Assembly (NCBI GenBank): GCA_030704615.1
Contig: CM060731.1
Coordinates: forward strand, 66,526,001 to 66,590,000
Length of the DNA stretch: 64,000 nt
Origin: Takakia lepidozioides
Taxonomy: Eukaryota; Plantae; Bryophyta
Direction of reading: 5' to 3'
The notes below the pieces were generated by a model. The model was not told the DNA's origin, ran no database searches, and worked only from the letters and a program-made list of their open reading frames with translations. Shown here in pieces: positions 51,791 through 63,411 of the stretch. A program made the translations under genes and the position numbers. How positions within the stretch are numbered: the first letter of the stretch is position 1; each line of letters opens with the position of its first letter.

Positions 51791-53095
51791 GGCCACCATT
51801 GTTCCTTTGGAACTGGCCTGGGCGCAACTCAGGATGCAAACCATAACACTGGGCCTCTCCATGCCCGTGCTTGTCATAATGCCCACACTGCAACTGTGCA
51901 GGCTGTGCATGTGCCGGCCCTTTGCCTCCCTCTGGGCAATCCTTCTTGACATGGGGTCCTCCACATGTCCAGCACACCACATCTGCCCGTTGTTGGCCAG
52001 CAAATGAAGGGAGAGACCCCTGCATCTGAGGTCCTCTCTGCCCTTCCCTGAGCTTCACCTGAGCTCCCTTGTTGCCTTGAGCACGTTGAGGTAGTGGTTG
52101 GCTAGGAGCACCACTACCCCGTGGTGTCTCCTTAGCAAATCCCACCGTGACCACTTGTTCCTCCACCATGTTGAGCTCTATCCGCTCTGCCAGCAAAAAC
52201 ACATTTGCTAAGGTGGTTGGGCCGCTTGTAGGAGAGTTGCATCCCGCACCCTTCTCCTCAGCTCCTTGTCCAATATCCCATACCAGAATTGGACTGCCTG
52301 AGCTTCCGTAACCCCTTGGGTTACATTTATCAAGTGCCTCATGCGAGTGAAAGCCTCCCTCAAGCTCTCGGTCGGCTTCCGTTGGAACTCTTGCAAGCTC
52401 CGCAACTTCTCTGTCCTCACCCCTTGGTAGTTCCCTCTCAACTCTTCGAAGAACTCCACAACAGGGTTGAAGGCAGGCACGGGTGCTAGTGCTGGTGCGG
52501 TAGTGGCTTGGGTGGACGTCGTAGCTACTGTACCACCAGTGCCACTGCTACTTGCTGAAGCTGCCGGTGCAGCGGCAGGTGTAGCCACTGCCCTCGTGGC
52601 TCTAGTGCCCCTAGTGATGGAGACATAGTCGGGTGACCAGTACATCCTCTACTCCTCGATCTCAACCTCATGCCCCCGCCTGAACTCATGGTAATCATCC
52701 ATAGGCAGCCCCTCAAGGTGCTGAAACAGCCCCTTCCATGCCATGAAAGGCGTAAATAGTTGTGGATTGCGCATTTGCTGCAAATCACACCAACTATCAA
52801 ACTCTTGGATAAAATCATCCAACTCGATGGTGCCCACCGCCCCAGAGTACCTTCATGGCCCCTTGGTAGCTCCATACATCTCCTCCATTGTGTCCCACAA
52901 CAATGGCAAAGAAACAACTTGCACCGCCGGTATGAGTCCTCCTGATTCACAATCCGAATCAGAACCTTCCGTAGAAGACACATGAGGTGAAGGTGGCCTA
53001 AACCGCACACCTCGTCTCGTGTACCCACTAGTATTGCTAGTGCTCGAACCGGCACTGTCCCCAGCAACTAGTGGCACCTCCATGTTGACACTCAA
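51791..53095 (-). pseudogene. gag (capsid-like region plus two Zn knuckles), disrupted
   Basis: Collinear ORF pieces 52853-53095, 52649-52837 and 52208-52645 are in one frame, separated by stops; a frameshift then leads to CWTCGGPHVKKDC and CGH(Y)DKHGHGEAQC. Confidence 0.75.
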
Positions 53096-53779
53096 CCGGT
53101 CATGAACATGTCCTAACCCCCTCTCTACAAGGTAACCGGGTAGAGAACCTGTTGCGGCTTATGGTTTGGAATACTAAGTTCCTAACATAGCCTACACCTG
53201 TACCTGCATCCACCGCAAGCACTCCTATGGTTGGCTGGTCATCACCTCCAACCTCACCACAGGAGAAACAATGATGGTCTGGCTGGTCATCACCCCAGCC
53301 TCACCATCGACAACATGCTCTAGGACTGGCCGGTGATCAAATCCGGACCAATCACCTATAAAAACAAGCGCCCACACAAAACTAGCATGGCGCACAGTCA
53401 AGCATGCAGGTATGGAGGGGATCCAAACACAAGAAATCAGAACGACAACTCCCCCACACCAAAAACAACTCCACGGTGTTGCTCCTGCAAGGATACCCCA
53501 GCCCAAACCCGGACTGACTCTTGCCTCCACCTACGGAAAGGTCTTGGCCTAATGAGAGGGTGGAAACTACGAGGAAGAGAAGCTAAAGCAATGCCTAACC
53601 CCAGCATGCCCTCATCCCAACACTCTTCCTCTCCTCTCTTCCCTCACTTGCATGACCATGAGAATATTATGAAGATACTCCTCAAACCGCCCTCCACGAG
53701 CTTCAAAATTCGGCCTTCAAGACCATATATCAGTCCTTAGGCAGTCCACCAGTGCCTCCACGAGTCAGCACACAGGTCA

Positions 53780-54680
53780 ACACGGGCCACCACAGACCAA
53801 CACAGGCCCACACAGCTCACTGGTCACAGCCGTCACAGTCCCACAGGCCACTGGGCACAGCCTGTCACAGCCCCTCATAGCCCGTCACGGCCCCACAGGC
53901 CACTGGGCACAGCCTGTCACAGCCCCTCACAGCTCGCCACAGCCCCTCACAGCTCGCCACAGCCCCTCACAGCCCCAAAGGCCTCAGGCACGGCCTGATA
54001 CAGCCCCTCACAGCCCGTCACAGCCCCAAAGGCCTCAGGCACAGCTTGTCACAGCCCCTCACAGCCCCAAAGGCCACAGGCACAGCCTGTCACAGCCCCT
54101 CACAGCCCGTCACAGCCCCACAGACCATTGGGCACAGCCTGTCACAGCCCCAAAAGGCCACCGGCACAGCCCCTCACAACCCATCACAGCCCCCAAGGCC
54201 ACCGGCGTAGCCCGTCACAGGCCCTCACAGCCCGTCACGACCCCGAAGGCCACCGGCACAGGCCCTCACAGCCCGTCACAGCCCCGAAGGCCACCGGCGC
54301 AGCCCGGCACAGCCCCTCACAGCCCCAAAGGCCTCAGGCACGGCCTGACACAGCCCGTCACAGCCCGTCACAGCCCCAAAGGCCTCAAGCACGGCCTGTC
54401 ACAGCCCTCACAGCCCGTCACAGCCCCAAAGGCATCAGGCACGGCCTGTCACAGCCCCTCACAACCCATCACAGCCCCAAAGGCCATGGGCACAGCCTGT
54501 CACAGCCCCTCACAGCCCGTCATAGCCCACAGGCCACTGGGCACAGCCCGTCACAGCCCCAAAGGCCTCAGGCACGGCCTGTCACAGCCCGTCACAGCCC
54601 CAAAGGCCTCAGGCACGGCCTGTCACAGCCCGTCACAGCCCCAAAAGGCCACCGGCACAGCCCGTCACAGCCCCATCTAT
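53780..54680. repeat. Minisatellite of CACAGCCC(G/C)T-based ~11-bp units in the retroelement 5' leader
   Basis: Dozens of cacagcccgt / cacagcccct / cccaaaggcctcaggcacgg units. Confidence 0.9.
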
Positions 54681-56209
54681 GGCCGCTCTGGCAGTTTAGC
54701 CATTTCTCCAAGGGGTTTAGCCACGCCAAGCTAGGGTTTGTGTCTCTTGGACTCTAGGCTTCTTTCCACCGAGCTATGGCGGCTGTGAGGAAATCAGCAA
54801 GGTATTCTTGCTCTTTCAGCTCCCACACACCACCATAGTAGCCCTAAGCCATGAGGTGGTTGCCACAAACCAAGCCTTCTTTCTCACTTAGCCTCCCCAA
54901 ACACGCCACTAAACTCAATGGCAAACAACCAAGCCCTGCTGGTTCCCAGCCCTTGTGAGCACTCATTCAAGCACTCTCCTTGGCCATAGCATCTATCTTA
55001 GAGCCTATTCCAGCCCCCTACACCTGCTGCTTCAAGAGTTGCGCTCCCTTCAAGCTTGAAGTTGAAACCCCAACTCACATAGGCCCTACAAGTGCTTTTC
55101 TTTCACTCCAAGTGGAAACCAGCCCTAGACCTTCCATTCTAGCTCTCTAAAGCTTGAAAACAAGAGCCTCAATGGGCTGAAGGCATGCTCCACACATGCC
55201 CCACTCTCACCATAAGAGAATCAGCTCTTTTGCTTCATTTCTTGCACCCACAAACCTGAAAATACAAGCTTCAGCAGGCTGAAAGCATGCTCCACATGCC
55301 CTACACGGAAACCAGCCCCTTCCTTCTTTTCTTGCACTCCCACACCTGAAAGTGCAAGCCTTCACCAGGCTGATAGCATGCTCCACACATGCATTGCCCT
55401 CACATAAGGGAAGTCAACCCTTCCATCTTCCTTGCTTGCCCTCCAAGCTTGAAGATGGAAGCTTCAATGAGCTGAATACATGCTCCACACATGCAACCTC
55501 TTCACACAAGAGATATCAGCCCCCTATCTTGGCTCCTTGGCTCCTTGATGCTCTCTAAGACAAGACTAAGCACTCCACAGCCTTTGCCAAGCTCCTGAAA
55601 CCCTAAGGCTTACATTTCCAGCCACAAGACACTTCTCTTGTGGTGCAAGAGCTCTTCTTCCAAGCTTTGAAACCCTAGGTGCACATTCCATGGCCTTGCC
55701 GCACCTCTTAGCTCCTGTTCCAGCCCTGCTCTTGCCATGACAAGAGCCCTCTCAATGCTGAAGCTCGAGATTGAAACCCAATCTCCCCATATTCCACAAA
55801 GTGCACTGATTTGCCCCAAGCCAAATCAGCCCTTTCGCTTGGTCTTGCAATCCTTCACACAATGAAAGCTCACATTCCCAAGTCCAGTTCTCAGCTTTGC
55901 CACCAAAGCCACTATAACCTGCTCTAAACTGGTCCTCTTCCCAATCGTGCTTGCTCATGCATGTACACAATCTGAAACCATCAAGGTGCTCTGGAATTAC
56001 CTGCAGCATGGTGCTTTCATCTCTGAAGCTGAAGATCGAATGCCAAGGTCTACCACCTCGTAACCCACATCGCCTCCGCTTCTAACAACCAAGAGCTCCA
56101 CGGTGCTCCTTGCATAACAACTTGGTTTCTCTCATTCTCAAGCAAAAACCACAAGTGCTACAACTAACTCGTATCTGGCACTCACAGATACGAGCTCATC
56201 TTTCTCGAG

Positions 56210-56526
56210 TGATAAAGAAGAAGAATACAAGCACGAGCTCACAAATCTGAAGCATAAACTCATGCATATATAACCTCATCACTCAAATACAAGTCAAGCC
56301 AAGTGCACCCCACGCCATGGGGAATCCACACTACGACGCCATAGCTAGGCGCGGTGAGGCTCAACTCGAGAAAGATGAGCCTTCCGCGCTTGCCGTGAAG
56401 ATAACCACTCCAGGGCCTAAATCTGCCTTGACCCCTGGATTGACACTTGGGCCAATCCCAAATGTCAATATGTAAAAGCTAGCTATTTCCTAGCTAGTTT
56501 CACACTAGTGGTAAAATAACTTGACA
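56210..56526. repeat. Repeat B, terminal (5') copy
   Basis: Direct repeat of 47117-47434. Confidence 0.92.
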
Positions 56527-56690
56527 AGGAAAGTGCCATCGACGAACATGGAATCCTTGATCACTTGGATCCACATCTGCGATTTTGGGTTCTGTAGCCT
56601 AAGGCCTTTCACGAGGAGGTTGTCCTCTAGCGTATACCCCTATGCATCAGCCACAAAGAGAAAGAGAAAAGGGGCCAGAGGGCAATTCTG

Positions 56691-57743
56691 CACTACAGGA
56701 AAAAACGGGGGTTGGCGTCGCTAAAGCCCCCTGTTGGGGCGGGGTACAAGCCCCAGATTGCGACGCAGAGACATCGCAACGGCGTCGCTAGAATACCGTT
56801 GCTATATACCGACAGATGGGGGTCGTTAAGTACCACTAAAGCCCGGAGGCGACGCCGGCGCGACTTGCGACGCAAGACGTCGGAATTTAAAAAAAAAAAA
56901 AATGATTTCCTTATCTGCAATGCTGCATTAGCGACGTCTGTGGGTCAGATGTTGCAGTTTAGGGAGGTACATTTGAATTTAGATGGGAAAATTTGAATTT
57001 GAATTTCAAAAACTTGTTGACCATTGACTCCGATTCTGTCCAATGGCAATACGTTCATTGTTCTACATATATTAGGCAATGCATACTTAAACCTATGATC
57101 TCCACGTTATAACATTTTCTAAGAGACTACAGACTAACCAATACACCTACGTTACATCTATGTATCACAAAAGCAGTCTAAGTATATATATATACATATC
57201 AAGATTTTTTTCAAGTTTCTTCTAAGGGGATCCCTCTTGTGACGCCGGGAGTTGCAACCTCTGCAGCCTTAGTGCCCAGACCCAACGTCGTTGTCGTTGT
57301 TGCAGCCCCAGCACCAGGGGCCTCAAGCGACGTCCTTGTGATGACCTAAGCTGGATACTACACCGTTGCAATCCCTCTGGCGTCGCAGCGTTGGGCGTCC
57401 CAGCGCCGGACGTCCCCAACGTCGCTTTTGTGACGTTGGGGCCGCAATAAATTTATTAAAAAAAAAAAAAAAAAAACCATTGTGGCGACGCGTTGCGACC
57501 TCCCGTGTCGCAGCGTTGGGTGCTCTAGCACGGGGCTCCCCCAACGATGTTTTTTGCAACGCTGGGACGTTGCAACGTCTTATATATATATGGACATTGC
57601 GACCCCCCGGTATCGCAAGAAAAAAAAATCCGTCGCAACCCCTCGCGGCGACGCAGCGGGGGATTGCGACGTCGGAGCACCGCAAAAAGTGGCTGTGGGG
57701 TTGGCGTCGCTAACCCCCTCTCCCCCCCCCATTTGCAGTAGTG
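56691..57743. mobile_element. Non-autonomous CACTA element inside the LINE RT
   Basis: CACTAC...GTAGTG termini; near-perfect 3-bp TSD CTG/TTG; dense GCGACG/CGTCGC subterminal repeats. Confidence 0.85.
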
Positions 57744-60250
57744 TTGCCCAACCGACCTTTGCAATTTGAAGGGCTTAGAGACATGGCCATTATCACCATG
57801 CTGGAGGAGTTGAAGAGGAATCTGAATCCACTAGCAGAAACCTTGAGGGAGACCTTTTTTTATTAGAACTGCCAAGATGAAGTTCCAGTGTACCCTGTCA
57901 AAAGTTTTTTCAAAGTCAAGCAACCATAGGGCCAATGCTTGGTTTGAGGATTTGGCATAGGCAGAGGCCTCTTGAGCCAGAAGAACATTATCCAAAATAT
58001 ATATGCCTTTATTGAATCCGGCTTCACCTGTTCTGATGAGAGAGGGCAGCAAGGGTTGAATTTGCAATATAAGAGCCTTTGCAATAATCTTGTAGAAGAC
58101 ATTAAGTAGAGTGATTGCTAAGTTTTCTATTCAAATAAATTAATTATTTGAGCGCTGATCGCTTCACTCTCTCCCCAATCTCACCAGACTAGAATTTACT
58201 TGATATCCTGGCAAACCATCCTTTCGAAATGAAAAAAATATGCAGCGCTCGTCCTTGCAATTAGGTATCAAAGATGGAAGAGAAGCTCGCTATCGCTATC
58301 ATTACTAGCACCAGAGGTGACATTCACAACTGTAGTATCAATGCAATTCACATTCATTTCAATATCCCCATTACATCCATGCAAATGCTTTAAAAAAATC
58401 CACCTCACAGTTATCCACCCTCTCACTCTGGGAGGTTGGGTAGCGTGTGAGGTTACATTGGCGTGAGCCTGCTTACGCGAGCAAATAGGCACATTCCATA
58501 TATTCCCTAAAAATCCTAATAATATGCCATAGCGAAACCAAATGACGCTCACGCGAAAAATTACGAAATTATCATGAAAACTGTGCTCACGCGACAAAAT
58601 CTACGAAACAAAATATTTAAAGTGTAACTTAGGCGAGCACAAAACAACCACAAATATTTCTGCAAAAACTCAAAGATCAGCAAACTTAAACAATGTGGCA
58701 TTAAAAACCCCATGTATGAATTTTTATAAACATGTGTTGAAACATATGTGTACAACATCCCGAATAACCACCCAAAAAATGGCCTCGCCAACGAAACTTG
58801 GGTTCCGTCAGCGAAATTGGGTTTTTTTTTTGGTTTTTTGGCTTTTTGGCTTTTTAGGTTTCTCCCTTTTAAGCTCCTTCTATATGTTTAAATTATATTT
58901 ACACACCATGTAGACCCTATTAACGCAAAAAGACCCTATGTCCGTCTATTAGATGTATTTCCGCTGGCATACATATCATCCCCATAACTGAATCCGGCTC
59001 ATGCGGGTTTTTTTTTCTGCTCACGCCATACCAATCCCCCCCCAGTGATAGGACCTATTTTCTCCATAGAGCCCACTTTTGAAAGGTGGTAGTAGTCACA
59101 AGACAATGTAGCTCTTAGTTATGCCGACTTTGGCTATGGTCTTCTATCTCTATTTGAGTGCTGACAAGTACTGTACCTTGACTTCAGTAGTGTTAGATCA
59201 TATGTCAACCGTTGAAGCATATCAAATCTCATTTCATGGTGATCAATGGTCAATAAGTTTTTCGTCATATCTCTTCATGTTCTGTTAGAAATATATAAAC
59301 AGTAAACCATTGTGAACCAAAGCGGTTGTCAATGACTTTCCAACACGCCCACTATTTTTCCATAGCATTGGCTCCCTTGTTCCCCCACAACGCCCCTCCC
59401 CATGCTCGCACACGTGTGGAGCAAGCCCATTTCACCTCACAACTTGCAAGAAATGAAGTTCACCTCTCCCTATGCCACCCGCCATTTCAGTCTACCTTTG
59501 GCATACCCCTCACTTCCTTCCTTAGCTAGGTACCCCGTGAGTAGCTCCATGTGTTAATGTTGCGAATGAGCTTGAAAAGATCCATGCCTACGGATTACCT
59601 TCCATAAGGTTGATCCTATGCTTACCTAAGGTAATAGTTTTTTAAGATGAAGTGAAGCCGTAAGTTACGTGTTCTTCAACAAAAGGTTTTTTCCTTCCTT
59701 TATTCTTATATGGTTCAATATCTTTTTATATTCCAAATTTAAATAAGAATACAACGAATCTTTCAAAAAAATACACTTCATATAAGTTTTAAATTTAAAA
59801 ATAAAATGCCAAAGTAACACGTCATGGTTGCCACATCACCATTGTTATTTTCTTAATTTACAGGATATATATATTTTAAGAATCTTTTTTGCCAATCTGC
59901 TCTAAAATCGCTTTCTTCATTTCCTTTGTTTCTTCACATATCAATGTAGACGTTACAAACTTCTAGATATTAATTGTGATAAAACCACCCAAACATAATT
60001 CAATGGTTTGTCCAATTTTTGAAATAGTAATATAATATGATAGTATATATATACATTATAAAAATAATAATGGTAATAGCTAATAAAATACCAATATTAG
60101 ATTTTTTTAATCTCTTTTCTATATTAAAAAAAATTAAAAAAAAGATATATTAATATATTATAATACACATCAACAAACTCTATGATAAATACTAGATATA
60201 TATAAATATATTTGGTTTCTATATTAAATAATTTAATTCACTTATTAAGA

Positions 60251-60635
60251 TCAATATATGAATCGATACGTTTGTTTTGGTTTGTTTTGTAGATTTGAGA
60301 TGTCCCAAACCGCGGGGCCCACCCTTGGTGCTTGGTACCGTTGGAAAGCCCTCTATGAGGAGGGGTAGAGGGGTTTGGCTCATGATTTTTGGACCTGCGG
60401 TGTGGGAGATGTGGAATTTCAAGTACTTTGGGTCGTCGGAAATTCCTGAAAAATAGGAAAGTGAGCTTTCCTGGGACAGCCTTGAGAGGAGAGATATCAA
60501 GGGAAAGGTCTCCGGTTCAAATCTGGTCGTAGGCTCTGTGGAAAAAAAATGATTAGATATGGCTTGCTTCATATATTGATGTACTTGGACTTAGATGACA
60601 TTGGACAATTGGGTCAACGGCACATGCTACCCTAG
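60251..60635 (+). mobile_element. Non-autonomous Helitron-like element, copy 2
   Basis: A|TCAATATATGAA...GCTACCCTAG|T; homologous to 15488-16418. Confidence 0.65.
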
Positions 60636-60690
60636 TTTTGAATTATAAAAGCCTTCATAAAACCAACTTGAAAAGAGCAGTAGCCATAAA

Positions 60691-60879
60691 TACTAGTTAC
60701 GTTAGCTCTAACTTTCTCTCTACAATAAAAAATCAAAATATAATAAACGTCGAACCTTTTGTAAAATATTGTCCTCAAAAGTCAATACTAGTTACGGTAG
60801 CTCTAACTTTCTCTCTACAATAAAAAATCAAAATATAATAAACGTCGAACCTTTTGTAAAATATTGTCCTCAAAAGTCA
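60691..60879. repeat. Near-perfect tandem duplication of about 95 bp
   Basis: TACTAGTTACG.TAGCTCTAAC...GTCCTCAAAAGTCA occurs twice. Confidence 0.9.
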
Positions 60880-62619
60880 CTAGTAGTGCGGAGCGACGAC
60901 ATGTAGTCCTAGTTTGTGTGTGTGTGTGTGACGGAAAAGGAATGAAGGCTTCTTACTAAGTTGTGGCCCACTGGTAATGACACATACCACCCTTGAAAGT
61001 GGTTGCGCCACAAAGGTGTCCACCTTCCGGCGGAAGGCCGTTCGAAGTCAAAGAGGCACTATAATTTATGCATCCTTCGAGAGCGTCATATATATATTGA
61101 GAGGAGAAAAATCATTTACCCTTACCCTTATTCCTCGAATCTGTAAAATATCAATCCATAGCCATGGAATGTCGAAATTGAGCAGACCTAAGTGCGTCGC
61201 AAAAGTAAGAAATTTGGAGCAGAAAAATCACGTCGAATGAACACAATATAACTCTGTCACATTATATATATATATATATAGTTGTTGTAGACCCTTACAC
61301 CCTCCTCTTCATTGTAGCACCGTTGGATAGCAGTCCCTGAGTCCTCCAGTTGCATAGCTGTGGCAGGCCCTCTCTCTTGCACTCTCTCTTGGCTACGCCT
61401 CTCTCCTCACCTCTCTCTCTTCTGCTAACTGCCGCCAGCCAACGCACTGCCGCCAGCCAACGCCTCCAACTCCCCACCCTCACACCCTGCAGCATCACCA
61501 CATTCTAGAAGATTCGTCAAGTTAGGCTTGCATGCAGCCGCCAAATGGGCACCACATGCAATTGGCACTTCCACGAGGCATGCAATAGCCAATAGCCCTC
61601 TCTTAGACATCCACCCCGCTTTGGTTGGTTCTATTTTTTGAAGGACTTGCACTTTGGCTGTGCTTTCCCAAGGTAGTACATCGCAAAGGGTTTCTGGACT
61701 GTGGTACTGATCCTTAAAATTAGCAAAACCAATTAATTCAAGACATGTATGGATAAAATATTCCATCCATATCTATAGATGAAATATGTATGTACTCAAC
61801 CTGAGACTTTATATACAGAAGTAGCAATTGGATTAGTGCGTAGACTTTGGAAGATGACAAAGAGATGCAAGATCATCTGCAAACACGTCAAAACCTGACC
61901 TAATATTTCCTTTGTATTTGGAGGGGATTTGGATATAGAAATTCATCCCATGAACAGATGCACCTTACAAATTCATAAGATCCTTACCGAGTATGGGAAG
62001 CACCTTTACAAATTTGTAAGGTGCACCTGTTGAAAATCAGGTCAGGCCCATCCAAAGGGCATTCCGCTGTGTAAGGGTCTAGGAATCAGGGTCCAAATTT
62101 CCCATACTGGAGAACAACGGAATGCGCCCTTTCCCTACACATGACTTTACACATAAAAATATTGCAGCTTGTCACATTTTCTCGGTTAGCAGATCGTATT
62201 AGTTAGGTAATTGTCTACCAAAGCTTTCAATCACTCACCAGCAAAGGGTTTGTGGAGTGTGACACCTATTCTTAAAATTGGCAAGCAAATTAGTTCAAGA
62301 CAGGTGTAGATGGATTATTTCATTCATATTTATGGATGGAATATGGTCATATGGTCTAGTTGGTGCAAGTTGGATAGGTAAGACCATGGTACACGTTTAG
62401 GGTTTCATCCAGCACGAGACTTTGTGGATTTTGTTACAGGTATTCTTAAATTCATGCCATAACCGGGATTTGGATGCAATTGGAACTCCTGATTGCATCT
62501 GAGCCATAGGGTAAACAAGTGGACCTATAGTAAATTCACCTTACTCTGAAAGGGTAAGCAAAATCTATCTACCCACACAACATTGGCAATAACCATCGTC
62601 TCCATAGGTAGGTAATAAC

Positions 62620-63411
62620 CAGTGTTGGGCGGTTCTTGCATTTGTGAAGGAACCTTCGGTTCCAGTTCCACAATTATTTCAAGAGACGGTTCCGGTCCCG
62701 TTCCGGATCCAACTTTTAAACATGGGGGCAGTTCCGGTTACCGGCTAGTTGCTGATAAAAACCATCGGTTCCGGTTAGGTTCCGGTTCTATTTTAAAAAT
62801 ATATTTGTTTAATTTAATTAGATTTAAATTTTTTATCAGTCCGGTAGATTAAATAGCAGTGTATTCACATATTTGAACTAAAATCCAACGATTTTGTTAG
62901 TTTTCACTAACACAAAAAAACAAACAAAAATACTCTAAATAAACTGGTGGAAGAAAATGGGTAAAATTTTATGGGTTGAAAGTACTATTCAGCTACCTGG
63001 CAAGTATTGGCATCTTCAAACATTTTATTAATGAACTTAGCTAGGATATCATGGAGCTAGAGATTGAACCCAAGATCTCATGGCCTTCAAGCATTGAACT
63101 AAGGACCGGTTCTTGAGAGCATGAGAGCTTGAGAGCATTGAACTAAGGAGCTTGAGAGCATTAAATAAGTTTTGCCCTGGGCCCACGAGCCCCACCAAGG
63201 GGTCAAGAACGGAACCTGTTTTTATCCCCATGCGCCCCGGTTCTCCGGTTTTCACACCCAGCAGGAACCGCCGGTTCGGTTCTGCGCCGATCCCCATTGG
63301 CAGGTTCCGGGTCAGGTTATGTAGGAATGGGCCCGGTTCCGATCCTGTTCAGGTTACCTGAACCTGAACCGGCGGTTAACCTGGGTCCCGGCGGGTAACC
63401 GCCCAACACTG
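62620..63411. mobile_element. Non-autonomous hAT element
   Basis: 15-bp TIR CAGTGTTGGGCGGTT / AACCGCCCAACACTG; perfect 8-bp TSD GTAATAAC; many GGTTCC/AACCG subterminal motifs. Confidence 0.92.

Larger units (their letters stand above)
46939..56526 (-). mobile_element. Ty3/Gypsy retrotransposon with split direct repeats, encoding gag - DNMT3-like methyltransferase - RT - RNase H - integrase - PHD (inactivated copy)
   Basis: TGTC...GACA termini; 4-bp TSD AGGA (46935-46938 and 56527-56530); gypsy domain order RT-RH-IN. Confidence 0.93.
44430..58115 (-). mobile_element. Degenerate L1-like LINE split by two later insertions; pieces 44430-46938, 56527-56690, 57744-58115
   Basis: YILDNVLLAQE..LLDFEKTFDRVHW; SVGQ|NCPLAPFLF; SMFVDGTFL|LLEAH; SGFRVNWSKT; LSITGRALIA; zf-RVT TLEHC; A-rich tail near 44430. 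The reading frame rejoins when the insertions and their TSDs are removed. Confidence 0.85.

Noticed and set aside
54128-54757. 209-aa Pro/His/Ser-rich ORF
   Set aside because: It is a translation of the minisatellite with no sign of coding.
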